64,000 nucleotides of DNA from Octopus vulgaris (lineage: Eukaryota): assembly GCA_951406725.2 (NCBI GenBank), contig OX597814.1:224006001-224070000 (forward strand), written 5' to 3'. Below, in pieces: positions 11,150 to 24,318 of the stretch. Each line of letters begins with the position of its first letter. The first letter of the stretch is position 1. Below the pieces are notes generated by a model. The model made no database searches, had not been told where the DNA came from, and was given only the letters and a program-made list of their open reading frames with translations. The position numbers and the translations under genes were made by a program.

Positions 11150-12209
11150 GAAGACAATCATCACACTGTAAAATCAATTATTCACGCGATATGCACAAAA
11201 AGTGAAAATTTGTAAATATCTGTTTCCACGCATTTGCAAAAAGTGAATGTGATTAAATAAATAAGATAACAATTAAAAAATTCCAAATTGTAGAGTTGAA
11301 GTTCGTTTGACAGAGTAGAAAAAAAATTTTAAAGCACAAAAGTTAATTGTCCTCACAGAAATGTTACAGAGCTATACAAAATGGTTTCATTTGTTCGTTT
11401 CGGCATGTTTTTTTACCTTTTTCTTTTTTTTTTTTTTTCATGTCGGGCTGTACAGAGACATCTTTGAAGCAAGATGCCTTTCCTGTTGCCAACCCTCACC
11501 TGTTTTTCAAGCAAGAGATCTTATGGTCTACTGGTCTCTAAAATGCACACAGAGGCCAGTTGTAATGTTAACAAGGAATATAAGCATTCATATGCATACA
11601 CACAGAGCAGGTTTCCATACAGTTTCCAGTTTCCAATTCCACTCTTGATCAGGCGAAGGCTTTAGAAGACATTTTCCCAAGGTGTTGCACAATAGTACTG
11701 AACCTGAAACCATGTGGTTGCAAAGCAAATCTCTGAAGCACACAACCATCCCTGCACCTTCATATATGGTTCTTTGTTACCCACAAGGGGCTAAACATAG
11801 AGGGGACAAAACAAGGACATACAAACGGATTAAGTCAATTACATCGACCCCAGTGCATAACTGGTACTTAATTTATCGACCCCAAAACATATAGTAAATA
11901 TTTAGTTTATTTCATTCGACAAGGTTCAGTATTCACGCTCTATTGATGTTCTGTTAAAGTTAGCTTTTTCTAGATAACAGAAGGTAGGGAAAGAGGGAGA
12001 GAGAGAGAGAGAGAGTGTGAGTGTGTGTGTAGGTATGTATGATTGTAATAATTATTTTTAACAAAACAGATAGAATATGGATGGTAAATCAAAGTAATAC
12101 ACTTGTCAATGTTGCCTAGTGGTTGTCTTTTTGAGATGTGACATCAAACATCGCTTGTAACTGAAAGAACGCTGGTTCACACATACAAACTTCCACATAC
12201 TTCCCTTGT

Positions 12210-12244
<35 letters not shown>

Positions 12245-12549
12245 TACATACACTCACACAAAGTTGAAACGCTGTTTGACTTTTCTTTTCAGCATTGAAT
12301 GTTCACCAACATCATTTGCATTTGCGACTTTTATAAACCTACACTTTTCCCACGATTAACATAGTCATAAGTAAGGATTCTTATAATCTAGGCACAACAA
12401 CATAGTTGCATCTATATAATTAGCATAAGGAATATTAAATTTAAAAAATAATAAATACAAAGAAAGAAAATCAATAAATTAATAAAATTTGAACAGAGGT
12501 CCATAATCATCGCTTATTAAATTTCAGTCCACTAGAATTTCATAATTAT

Positions 12550-12884
12550 ATCTATCTATCTATCCGCTCAGTCGAAGTCAACTCTTGGTTACTCGATGGA
12601 CCAGTGTTCTCCAGCCAGTTCTATCCTGGGTCACTTTTTTCAGATTGGCTATGGCCATTCCCGTGTCACTTTTGATGGTGTCAAGCCAGCAGGTTCTTGG
12701 TCAGCCTCTTCATCTCTTGCCACTGACCATTCCGAGCATGATGTCCTTCTCCAGGGATTTTCTCCACATAATATAACCAAAATATGCCAGTCTATGCTTG
12801 GTGATCCTAGCTTCTACCAACAGTTTCGGCTTGATCCATTTAAGAACTTCTCCATTGGTCTGCCTCGCTGTCCATGGAATCAGT
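12550..12884 (-). mobile_element. RTE/BovB-type LINE 3' end
   Basis: IPWTARQTNGEVL...RLAYFGYIMWRKSLEKDIMLGMVSGKR*RG*PRTCWLDTI followed by a (GATA)n tail. Confidence 0.85.
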
Positions 12885-13099
12885 AAAATTATATAAATGT
12901 GTGCTATTCATTCTTTCTTATACATGTATGAATATGCCACTTTTAAATTTTCCATGTATCGTGTTATTTTTACATTTTATGTGAATGCATATAAGCCGGT
13001 ACCCCAGTATGGCCACAATCCAATGACTGAAACATGTAAGAGTATTTCATTAGTATCTGATATCTGTGGAATGCAAGATTGATTGTGCCTAATGCACAA

Positions 13100-14785
13100 T
13101 GCGAGTTGGCAGAGTGGTTAGCAAACCGGGCGAGATGCTTAGCAGTATTTCATCTGTCTTTACGTTCTGAGTTCAAATTCCGCAGAGGTCGACTTTGCCT
13201 TTCATCCTTTCGGGGTCGATTAAATAAGTACCAGTTATGCACTGGGGTTGATATAATCGACTTAATCCATTTGTCTGTCCTTGTTTGTCCTCTCTGTGTT
13301 CAGCCCCTTGTGGGTAGTAAAGAAATGGGTATTTCGCCTGCTGTTACGTTCTAAGTTCAAATTCTTCCGAGGTCGACTTAGCCTTTCATCCTTTCGGGGT
13401 CGATTAAATAAGTACCAGTTATGCACTGGGGTTGATATAATCGACTTAATCCATTTGTCTGTCCTTGTTTGTCCTCTCTGTGTTCAGCCCCTTGTGGGTA
13501 GTAAAGAAATGGGTATTTCGCCTGCTGTTACGTTCTAAGTTCAAATTCTTCCGAGGTCGACTTAGCCTTTCATCCTTTCGGGGTCGATTAAATAAGTACC
13601 AGTTATGCACTGGGGTTGATATAATCGACTTAATCCATTTGTCTGTCCTTGTTTGTCCTCTCTGTGTTCAGCCCCTTGTGGGTAGTAAAGAAATGGGTAT
13701 TTCGCCTGCTGTTACGTTCTAAGTTCAAATTCTTCCGAGGTCGACTTAGCCTTTCATCCTTTCGGGGTCGATTAAATAAGTACCAGTTATGCACTGGGGT
13801 TGATATAATCGACTTAATCCATTTGTCTGTCCTTGTTTGTCTTCTCTGTGTTCAGCCCCTTGTGGGTAGTAAAGAAATGGGTATTTCGCCTGCTGTTACG
13901 TTCTAAGTTCAAATTCTTCCGAGGTCGACTTTGCCTTTCATTCTTTCGGGGTCGATTAAATAAGTACCAGTTATGCACTGGGGTTGATATAATCGACTTA
14001 ATCCATTTGTCTGTCCTTGTTTGTCCTCTCTGTGTTCAGCCCCTTGTGGGTAGTAAAGAAATGGGTATTTCGCCTGCTGTTACGTTCTAAGTTCAAATTC
14101 TTCCGAGGTCGACTTTGCCTTTCATCCTTTCGGGGTCGATTAAATAAGTACCAGTTATGCACTGGGGTTGATATAATCGACTTAATCCATTTGTCTGTCC
14201 TTGTTTGTCCTCTCTGTGTTCAGCCCCTTGTGGGTAGTAAAGAAATGGGTATTTCGCCTGCTGTTACGTTCTAAGTTCAAATTCTTCCGAGGTCGACTTT
14301 GCCTTTCATCCTTTCGGGGTCGATTAAATAAGTACCAGTTATGCACTGGGGTTGATATAATCGACTTAATCCATTTGTCTGTCCTTGTTTGTCCTCTCTG
14401 TGTTCAGCCCCTTGTGGGTAGTAAAGAAATGGGTATTTCGCCTGCTGTTACGTTCTAAGTTCAAATTCTTCCGAGGTCGACTTAGCCTTTCATCCTTTCG
14501 GGGTCGATTAAATAAGTACCAGTTATGCACTGGGGTTGATATAATCGACTTAATCCATTTGTCTGTCCTTGTTTGTCCTCTCTGTGTTCAGCCCCTTGTG
14601 GGTAGTAAAGAAATGGGTATTTCGCCTGCTGTTACGTTCTAAGTTCAAATTCTTCCGAGGTCGACTTAGCCTTTCATCCTTTCGGGGTTGATAAATTAAG
14701 TACCAGCTGTGTACTGGGGTCGATCTAATCGACTAATCCCCCCCAACCAAATTTGAGGCCTTGAGCCTCTAGTAGAAAGGATTAT
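13100..14785 (+). repeat. Tandem array of a 184-bp SINE-B internal unit (8 full units + terminal partial), with single head and tail
   Basis: Units start at 13145, 13329, 13513, 13697, 13881, 14065, 14249, 14433 and 14617; units 2-8 differ at only about 3 sites. Confidence 0.97.
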
Positions 14786-14889
14786 GGGTGTAGTACATGT
14801 GTTCTATGTGTGATGTCCTATGTGTGCCATGTGGTCCATGTGATGCACAATGCTTTTGCAAAGGATACAGTCATGTTGCATATATGCAC

Positions 14890-15120
14890 TGGCCTGAACT
14901 TCATTCACTATATTCAGCCCTCATTCAACTGGGGTCTTGTGGAATCTGCTTCACAGTGATGTAAGAAGAGGAAAATGTTGTCACACTTACATCGACAACT
15001 TGATTGCAGACAATGGCTTGGAATGATTCTAGGACTTAGAAGCAGTGATGATGGGCTGAGAAGTGTTGTGGGTGGCCTTTGTTGCTGCAGCATGGGCTGT
15101 AACCCAGCCATAATAATAAT
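14890..15120 (+). mobile_element. RTE-like LINE family G 3' end
   Basis: gtcttgtggaa...gatgtaagaagagga...ctttgttgctgcagc...aacccagccataataat, shared with 50205-50378. Confidence 0.6.
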
Positions 15121-15889
15121 GTGATTAAGGAACATGATATGATCATAGTGTAAGATGTTTTAGTGTGACATAATGTGTGATGCAACTGACACATGTGATG
15201 CAACTGCAATTTCAATGTATGATGCAGTAATGTGTGGGTGTATGTGACGTGTCTTAATCTGCATACAATTCTCTAAGTATGGTTATACGAAATACTACTG
15301 AAAGGAAGAATCACATTAAAAAGCGAAAGAGCCACCAGAGGCTTCTTGGCTTATATTGTTTGCCATTGTTGTTATAAGACACCAATTTCATTTTATGCTA
15401 TAAGACACCAATTTCACACACACACACACACACTTAGCTACAGGGACTCTACAAAAAGGTTCTCACATCCTATGACAAAGACCAAGCAGCACCACTTAAA
15501 TTTAATTACACCATTCTTATAAAAGATCTTTACCATTTCCTCTACACCTCTTTCTTCTTGTAGACTCATTTATTGCTTATAATAAAGAAGATAAAAGCCG
15601 AGAAGAAGAAGAAGAATATACAGAGGAAATGAACAATGAACTTGGTGTGAGAAAGATGTTAGTGATTCTATAGCAATTTATTTGTGGATGTATCATATTA
15701 GATGAGTGATAATTAAATTGTACAAGTGAAAAAACAAAAAAAAAACAAGACACAGTGACTAACTAAATGAATAAGGGGGGGTCACGTAGCTTGATGGCTT
15801 CATGCAACTTAGTTTCAAATCCGACACCCATGTATCTATGTAATGTCTCAATATTGTTGGAAATCACTGCTTTGAAATGGAATTTCAAA

Positions 15890-16285
15890 ACTCTCTTTTA
15901 CTCTTTTACTTGTTTCAGTCAGGTGACTGTGGCCATGCTGCAACACCACATTTAGTCGAGCAAATCAACCCCAGGACTTATTCTTTGTAAGCCCAGTACT
16001 TATTCTATTGGACTTTTTTGCCGAACAGCTAAGTTACGGGGGACGTAAACACACCTGCATCGGTTGTCAAGCGATGTTGTGGGGAGAGGGCAAACACAGA
16101 CACACAAACACACATACATATACATATATACGACAGGCTTCTTTCAGTTTTCGTCTACCAAATCCACTCACACGGCTTTGGTCGGCCCGAGGCTATAGCA
16201 GAAGACACTTGCCCAAGGTGCCACGCAGAGGGACTGAAACCGGAACCATGTGGTTTGTAAGCAAGCTACTTACCACACAGCCACT
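15890..16285 (-). mobile_element. SINE family A (tRNA head TGGCTGTGTGG / GGTTCAGTCC, internal TA/TG tract, (AAAGAGT)n tail)
   Basis: Near full-length match to 33254-33682. Confidence 0.9.
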
Positions 16286-17270
16286 CTTTTTTTATTCTTA
16301 CTTGTGGCTTAAGATGACATGTAAAAGAGGATTAGCAATGTAAATGGAATTAGGTTAGCAAATTCTTCAAAATGTGATTGCATGTGTGTACATATCAGGA
16401 TGCCTACATGCAATTTAAAACTGTATTCCAATAATCTAATAATAAAAAATGTTTTTTTTATATTAACAGAATGGTTCATTACATGGTCATTGCCACAAGT
16501 TACATCACACACACATACAAACACACGCGAGTGAAGTAGGAATCAATACATTTGGTTCGAGTTGAGTCAAACTGGTGTGTGTGTGTACAAGCATGCATAT
16601 ATAATTCATTTACATACTGAAATTAATACTACATGAAGGTTATAAAACAGCTGAAATCATATGGAAGTCAGATGAATAAATAACTATCTTCACCTCTCAC
16701 ACTTCCTAACTTTACACACACGCACACACACATACATGTATACATACACATATGAAGATAATCAGGAAAACCATTTTTTTTCCCTGGTTATTAACATTGT
16801 CTTAGATAAGGAAGGGCATTATCCATGCAAGACATTCACAGAACTTAGGCAAGAAGAAAGAGAAAAAGAAATCCCATGTCATGGTTTAATGCAAAAGATA
16901 ACAAGACGGTATCACATAAAGATGCTGAGTTATCCAGTTAGAGAAGAGGCTGGGTCCAAATGTTTGCCATAGAGTGGACTCCTGTAAAGGCATCTGAATG
17001 CCAGATGCTGCTTTCAAAACAGACATTGTATAAAGTCTCTCAATAAAATCAGATACACTCTGATATAGGTTACCACACAATTTGCATCTACCCGATTCCA
17101 CACTCGAGGCTTAGCTTGACCTGAGGCTGTGGTAGGAGAGATACTCAGCACCAAATCGAGACCAATGTAACAGCATCATATCTGGAACCCTGTGATTGCA
17201 AAGTAAACTTTATAACTACAAACGAATAACTGAGTTCATCGTCTCTGTTGGATTGCTTACTCTGTTGGAT

Positions 17271-17500
17271 TGCGTTGTGAGTGTTTATTGAGAGAAAACA
17301 CCTAAAAGCTCCACGAGGCTCCGGCAGGAGGTGGTGGTGATCCCTGCTGTACTCTTTCACCACAACTTTCTCTCACACTTTCTTCTGTTGGCCTGCTCGC
17401 TTAGCCAGCGGGGTGGCATCATTTGAAGGCTAAAACAATGTGAAGCGCATTGTGACCAGCGATGTGTAGCAACATCTGATAGCTTGGTCGGTCACAGTGA
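17271..17500 (+). mobile_element. 5'-truncated SINE family E body with its own tail
   Basis: First ~115 bp match the reverse complement of 51339-51455, then diverge. Confidence 0.7.
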
Positions 17501-17675
17501 TTATTGATTATATTTTGAATTATATATTTATGGAGGAACCAAATTCTTTTAATTGTGCAGGGCCAGACCTTGAAACAATATTTGGTCCTCATATATGGTA
17601 TTTAACATCAGAATCCCAGCAGTAGTTGATGATCTGCAGCAGAAATGTTAGAACTCCAGGCGAAATACTTAATGG

Positions 17676-18011
17676 TATTAGCACACCGGGCGAAATACGT
17701 GGCAGTATTTCATCTGCCATTACGTTCTGAGTTCAAATTCCGCCGAGGTCGACTTTGCCTGTCATCCTTTCGGAATCGATAAATTAAGGACCAGTTACGC
17801 ACTGGGGTCAATATAATTGACTTAATCCGTTTGTCTGTCCTTGTTTGTCCTCTCTGTGTTTAGCCCCTTGTGGGTAGTAAAGAAATAGGTATTTCATCTG
17901 TCTTCACATTCTGAGTTCAAATTCCACTGAGGTCGACTTTGCTTTCATCCTTTTGGGGGGGGTCAATGAATTAAGTACCAGTTGCATACTGGGGTCGATC
18001 TAACTGACTGG
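17676..18011 (+). mobile_element. SINE family B, dimeric form
   Basis: Head, one full unit and a second partial unit. Confidence 0.85.
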
Positions 18012-18711
18012 ATTAATATGAGCAGAGTTTGAGACATGGAAAATAGAATAGTGCAATAGAGAAAGAGTGAATACATTACAGCATTTTGTTTTTGTACTTC
18101 TCGTTTAAAATTCCCCCTAAGTCCCTCCAGACATACCCTCACTCTAAATGTGAATGTGACAATGATAGAATGGTGGTAAATCTATAAAATACCAATAATG
18201 TAATGGTACCATTTCAAAGATTATCAGTCAAAAGAAATCAATATGCTGATAGCTTAGTGAAATTAACAAGTTTCACAGGACAGAAATAAGGTACGCATCC
18301 AGAGAACAAAACAGACATACACACACAAACTAAAAATTGCAACCTGAACTGGTGATTGCAAGTAGAAGCCATTTCTTCACATCATATCTTTGTTCTTGAG
18401 AAAGACAAGAGCATCACATAACCTCATTTCTCAGCATGATTTTTTTTTTTTTTATGAAAGACAGACAGACAGAAAGAGAGAGAGTTAGAGAGTTAGAGAG
18501 TTAGAGAGAGAGAGAGAGATTCAGACTACTTTTTTTTTTTTGTCACAAGATATTCCAGTCTACTATTTAACACTAGTATTGTCCTTGAGTTGGTTAACAA
18601 GTTAGTCTGCAATATTTTCACACAGATAAGGCTGACTCAACATGTAGAAAATGGAACAGAAAATAATGTACAAAAAAGAGAGAGACAGAGAGAAACAGAG
18701 AGACAGAAAGG

Positions 18712-18748
<37 letters not shown>

Positions 18749-18895
18749 AGGAAGAAAGAAGGTAGAAATGTTTGGCCTGTGGTAGTTCTGCTATTATCCT
18801 CAAAGAAATAAAGTTCAGTCATGCAATGAGCAACACACTTAAGAAAGAAGTTTACTCAGCAGATCATTATTAGAGTTTATGAATTAGTCATATTC

Positions 18896-18934
<39 letters not shown>

Positions 18935-19114
18935 TGTGTGTGTGTATATACATGTATATGTCCTGTCAAGTAATTATATGCATTATATTTTTATTCTTTA
19001 TATTTGTGTGAGTATGCGTTATTTCCTTCTGTTTTTTTTTATGTGTATATATTGTTGTTTCTTTTTTTTTTTTAAACTCCCATGTATGTGTTTCAATGTG
19101 TTAGTGAGTGCATA

Positions 19115-19523
19115 TATATGCCAGAAGGTTTGCAAATCTAACGGAGGCCTCAAAAGACATTTTAAGAACCGCAAAGATCAGGACTTATCTGCTGCTCTTG
19201 GTGGTCCAAATCGGATATGCAAAGCCATATCAGATGCCATGATGATTCTAAGGTGTAGCACGTCGGGCGAAATGCTTAGCGGTATTTTGTCTGCCGTTAC
19301 GTTGTGAGTTCAAATTCTGCCAAGGTCGACTTTGCCTTTCATCCTTTCGGGGTCGATAAATTGAGTACCAGTTACGCACTGGGGTCAATGTAATTGACTT
19401 AATCCGTTTGTCTGTACTTGTTTGTCCCCTCTATGTTTAGCCCCTTGTGGGTAATAAAGAAATAGGTCTAAGGTGTAGGTACAGGAGGTGGTCAAACTCT
19501 GCATAAGGAGTAGACAACCACCA
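19115..19523 (+). mobile_element. RTE-type LINE 3' end, interrupted by SINE B
   Basis: C-terminal Cys/His finger ICQKVCKSNGGLKRHFK; tail aggaggtggtcaaactctgcataaggagtagacaaccacc. Confidence 0.65.
19259..19466 (+). mobile_element. SINE family B, 5'-truncated, 12-bp TSD
   Basis: TCTAAGGTGTAG at 19247-19258 and 19467-19478. Confidence 0.92.
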
Positions 19524-19544
19524 CACACACATACATATATATTC

Positions 19545-19727
19545 TTGGATCAGACAGCGTATTGTGTCTTTGAGCAAGAGATTTTTTCACCTTGCTTTAT
19601 TTCAGTTTATTTCACTCAGCTGTAGAAATGAGTTGCGACATCACTGGTGCCAAGCTGTATCAGCTTTTGTCTTTCCCTTGTATAACATTGGTATGCATGG
19701 GCGACTGCAGGTCTTCCATAAAAAAAC
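19545..19727 (+). mobile_element. CORE-like SINE fragment with body D
   Basis: tgtctttgagcaaga...cactcagctgtagaaatgagttgcgac...cactggtgccaagc, matches the reverse complement of 62606-62878. Confidence 0.7.
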
Positions 19728-19804
19728 CTCCTGTACCTATGCCTTAGAACCATCATGGCATCTAATGTGGCTTTGCATATCCGATTTGGACCACCAAGAA
19801 CTGC

Positions 19805-20007
19805 AGAAAACAAACAAATGTATTAGTATAATGCTCAGGAATTGAAAAAAGTCTTTTAACGTTTCGAGCCTACACTCTTCCACAGAAAGGAACACAGAAA
19901 GAAACAAGGATAGCTCCTTGTTCCTTTCTGTGGAAGAGTGTAGGCTTGAAACGTTAAAAGACTTTTTCAATTCCCAAGTGTTATACTAATACATCTGTTT
20001 GTTTTCT
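19805..20007. mobile_element. Inverted pair of Penelope-like pLTR fragments, each with a hammerhead-like motif
   Basis: Arms 19805-19894 and 19919-20007; motif CTTT-CTGTGGA-A-GAGT(GTAG)GCTC-GAAA-CGTT-AAAAG. Confidence 0.65.
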
Positions 20008-20267
20008 ACACAACATGTCTGGCCAGGGCGAAATATTACCTTGCTGTTTGGAAACAGATAGGGGTTGGTGCCAGGAAAGGTATCTGGTCATAGAAAATCT
20101 GTCTCAAATAAACACCATCTGATCCATGCAAGCATGGAAAAGTCGATAGATGATGATGATATATGGCTGCAGTGCTTTTTCTTGCTGCATCTCAAAATAT
20201 CCAAATTCCTTTACCATTCATCTGTTGCTATCTTGTATTAAGTTTCTATTATTCTTTGATATTAACT

Positions 20268-20461
20268 GTGCCGGTGGCACGTAAAAAGCACCCACTACAC
20301 TCACGGAGTGGTTGGCGTTAGGAAGGGCATCCAGCTGTAGAAACACTGCCAGATCAGACTGGGCCTGGTGCAGCCTTCTGGCTTCCCAGACCCCAGTTGA
20401 ACCGTCCAACCCATGCTAGCATGGAAAGCGGACGTTAAACAATGATGATGATGATGATGAT
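20268..20461 (+). mobile_element. Family C retro-stub
   Basis: gtgccggtggcacgtaaaaagcacc...ggacgttaaacaatgatgatg. Confidence 0.85.
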
Positions 20462-21816
20462 TTACTAGAAAACCAATCACACTCACTGATATTGTTTGAT
20501 ATATGTTGAACTCAAATCTATAGTCTTCAAGGCAACAATATCTAGTCTAACATTAAACTTAATTCCTTCACCTGCTCACAACAGTTACACTAAATTCTGA
20601 ACTCCTGACCATGTAGTGAGTAGTTATAGCAGCCTAATGAAACAGTTTATTTTGTCTCAATCATTACAAATATTTAGAAAATGAAAGTGTGTTGTAAACC
20701 AAAAAAAAAAAGAAAGAAAACTGGAAAAAATACAAAGGGGATGGTTTAATTATTATCAGCTTAATGAGACTTTTAAATTATCTTACAACTATTTTTTCAC
20801 AAGTTGAGAAAATTTTATTAAATAATGAGAATATTTTGCAAACATTTTCCTCAGAAAGTTACACTGAAACCTTACGCAGTCCACTCAATCACCAAAAAAA
20901 AAAAAAATCAACTTAAGAGAGAGAGTGAGAGTGTGTGTGTGTGTGTGTGTGTTTTAAAATATATTATATTAAATTTCTTTACATATGACGTTATTTTTCA
21001 TTTGATATTTCACACTTACTTGGCATCCATTCCTTCCTCAGTTCAGGTCAAGTACGAAGGCAAGGAATTAAAATATCCGACTATATTTGTAATTCAAATC
21101 TCTTGATTTTACATATAGCTTTTCACAGATCAATGAATGCATGTATATGTATGAATATGGAGTGGTCATGTGAAGGCAAAAAAAACCCAAAAAAACTACA
21201 TGAATGAATTTCAGAAATTTCATGCAAAGTAGCACAATATTTTTTATTGTAAAGAGAGAGGGAAAACAAGTTCTCCTCTTCTTACCAAATGTAACACTTC
21301 TTCACTTCCAGTAACAGAGTGTAATCACCATTTTTACCATGCCTGCCAACTGAGAGGAACACATTTATTAAATCATCATCCAATTATCTTTAATATCTGG
21401 TGCAAAACCAATAAGTAAGAACAGATGTGATGGATCTATAATACTCCATACTTTGATTTTATATACCACTCTACTGACAAGTGCCTATTCTTCCTGACTT
21501 TTGGATTCTTAGACAGCTATACATATGTGCAACAAGTTGGTAGAGTCCTTAGACTGTTGGTATAATGAATTGTTTGGGCTCTATGCTCTCACAGTTCAAA
21601 GTCAAATTTTATTTTTCAGCATTTTGTAGTCAATAAAGGTACTAGTCCAGTTTTGAGTAAATTCTTCTCATTTGGTTCGTTGTTTTACTTTTTCTTTCAG
21701 GAAGAACTCAGCTGTGTTCAAATCTGGAGAGACATCAGCTCCACCAGATTTAAATTTCTCCAAGGCACACTTCCACCATGATGGTGCCCCAAGGAAGCAA
21801 GGAAAGGAAGAAGGGA

Positions 21817-22118
21817 TCATCATCATCATCATCGTTTAACGTCCGTTTTCCATGCTGGCATGGGTTGGACGGTTCAACTGGGGTCTGGGAAGCCAGGAGG
21901 CTGCACCAGGCTCCAGTCTGATCTGGCAGAGTTTCTACAGCTGGATAGCCTTCCTAACACCAACCACTCTCAGAGTGTAGTGGGTGCTTTTTATGTGCCA
22001 CCGGCACGGAAGCCAATCAAGGCGGCGCTGGCATCGGCCACATACGAATGGTGCTTTTTACGTGCCACCAGCACAGGTATCACAACTACAATTTCTATTT
22101 GATTTTTTTATGTTGATA
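21817..22118 (-). mobile_element. Family C retro-stub
   Basis: Same sequence as the other copies; abuts the tail of the SINE A at 22120. Confidence 0.85.
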
Positions 22119-22119
22119 T

Positions 22120-22489
22120 ACTCTTTACTCTCTTTACTCTTTTACTTGTTTCAGTCATTTGACTGCGGCCATGCTGGAGCACCACCTTTTAGTACTTATT
22201 CTATCGGTCTCTTTTTGCCGAACCGCTAAGTGACGGGGACATAAACACACCAGCATCGGTTGTCAAGCAATGCTAGGGGGACAAACACAGACACACAAAC
22301 ACACACATACATATATATACATATATACGACAGGCTTCTTTCAGTTTCCGTCTACCAAATCCACTCACAAGGCATTGGTCGGCCCGGGGCTATAGCAGAA
22401 GACACTTGCCCAAGATGCCACGCAGTGGGACTGAACCCGCAACCGTGTGGTTGGTTAGCAAGCTACTTACCACACAGCCACTCCTGCGC
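22120..22489 (-). mobile_element. SINE family A with internal deletion
   Basis: Matches 33254-33682 but lacks the gtcgagcaaatcgaccccaggacttattctttg segment. Confidence 0.9.
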
Positions 22490-23213
22490 ATATATATATA
22501 ATAAAAAAGAGCAATACCCATGAGGTTTACAGGTTTTTCGATATTGGTGAGCTTGTTCTTAATCTAAACAATAGCAGATCAATGTCTGCAGAAAAAACAT
22601 GCATCTAGAATGGAAACCAATCAAAAGATTCTGAATGCATACAAAAGAATGAACACTGATGAGAACTCGGTGATGGTATTTAAACCAGACAGAATGTTAC
22701 CTTTTATGTGCATGTGTGTCTTTCTCTTCAGGCAGCCATTACTATCTGTAACACGTGTATTGCTTGTGAAAATGTTAGATGTTAGAACTAGCTGTAGAAA
22801 ATCATGCCAGAAAGCCATACAAGGTTCTCAGATTGCTGTTAAGTATTTAGGATAATTATGTAATTTCCTCAGTGGAAGTAATTAACTTACACTTCATCGC
22901 TGCTAGAAACAACAATTAAACCCAGACAACATCACACTCAAAACATGGAATTAGTAGATACTGAATCTTTGCAGCATTTTTGTCATCAGCCCACCAGATA
23001 TTTAGCCTTATCTTCATGGTAACTGACAGAAACCACCAGAAATTACTCCCAATTATAGCAAGTGATAAGGCTTCAAAATCAGTCCCTTTTGCAGTGTAGA
23101 AGATATAATAATGTCTAAGTTTGAACAGGGAATTCAAATCAGTAAATTGGATTAAAGGTTAAGCGAGAGATAAAAACTTTTGATAATTGATAACAATCCA
23201 GAGATTGTGTTCC

Positions 23214-23272
<59 letters not shown>

Positions 23273-23414
23273 TAGGCAACCACTTGGGTGAGTCCTTAGA
23301 GATTCAGATAACCTTTCCAACACTCTGAGTGAGTTCAAATCCCACTGCGAACAACACTTTACCTTTCATCTTTTAGGGGTCAATAAAGTACCAGTCCTGT
23401 ACTAGGTTGCTTCT

Positions 23415-23446
<32 letters not shown>

Positions 23447-23582
23447 AGGAGGAGGAGGAGGCAGAAATCAGTTGTGTTTAGACTCATAAAGATATGGGGT
23501 TCTGCTAGTTTTAAAAATGCCCAAGACACATGTTAGACTGATACTCCTACAACTTTGTCATAAGTGTTGAGAACCCAAGTTA

Positions 23583-23623
<41 letters not shown>

Positions 23624-24130
23624 GTGGGGAAAGCTTTATGGCTTTATGATTAAGATGTTTAATTCTGAATCACACGGTTTTGGGTTCAGTCCTCCTACTG
23701 TGTGGTACCTTGGGTAAATGTCTTCTGCTGTTATCCCCAGGCTAATTTACACTCTGTGAGTGAATACGGTAAGTGGAAATTGTACAAAGCCTTTCATGTG
23801 AGTGTGTATATCTGTATAAATGCTTACAGCCTGCATTGCTTTGCATGTAAAAACACTGGCTATGAACAGTAAAGGTTTCTGTCATTTCCTTGACATCAAA
23901 CTGTCGTCCACTCAGTGCACTTTCAAAGACTTCGAAAAAGGGATCCCTTACTTGAAAAGCAGATAAGAGTTAGTGACAGGAAGGGCAGTGGGCATTCAGG
24001 TCTAAAAAAAATATTATGTATTTTCATTTAACCCATGCTAGCACAGAAACACCAAGTGTAAAAATGAATAGGAATGATATATAGAAGTATTCTAATATAA
24101 AATCATCTCTCTATCTCATGCACACACATA

Positions 24131-24175
<45 letters not shown>

Positions 24176-24318
24176 ATGTGCACGCACGTATGCATGTATA
24201 CATATATGCATGCATATATGTATGCTGTAATCACTGCAGGACAGTGTCAAATATAAAGAAATATTGCCCAGCAGAAATGAAAGAAAAAGTTCAATTGCTT
24301 TAATGCATTCAAACATAA

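Noticed and set aside
10855-11177. Poly-L/Y/T/V ORFs
   Set aside because: (AGT)n microsatellite.
13079-14642. Series of 85-91 aa ORFs or a CRISPR-like array
   Set aside because: The ORFs are by-products of the 184-bp SINE unit. There are no unique spacers or cas genes, the context is eukaryotic, and I found no CTGANGA...GAAA hammerhead in the unit on either strand.
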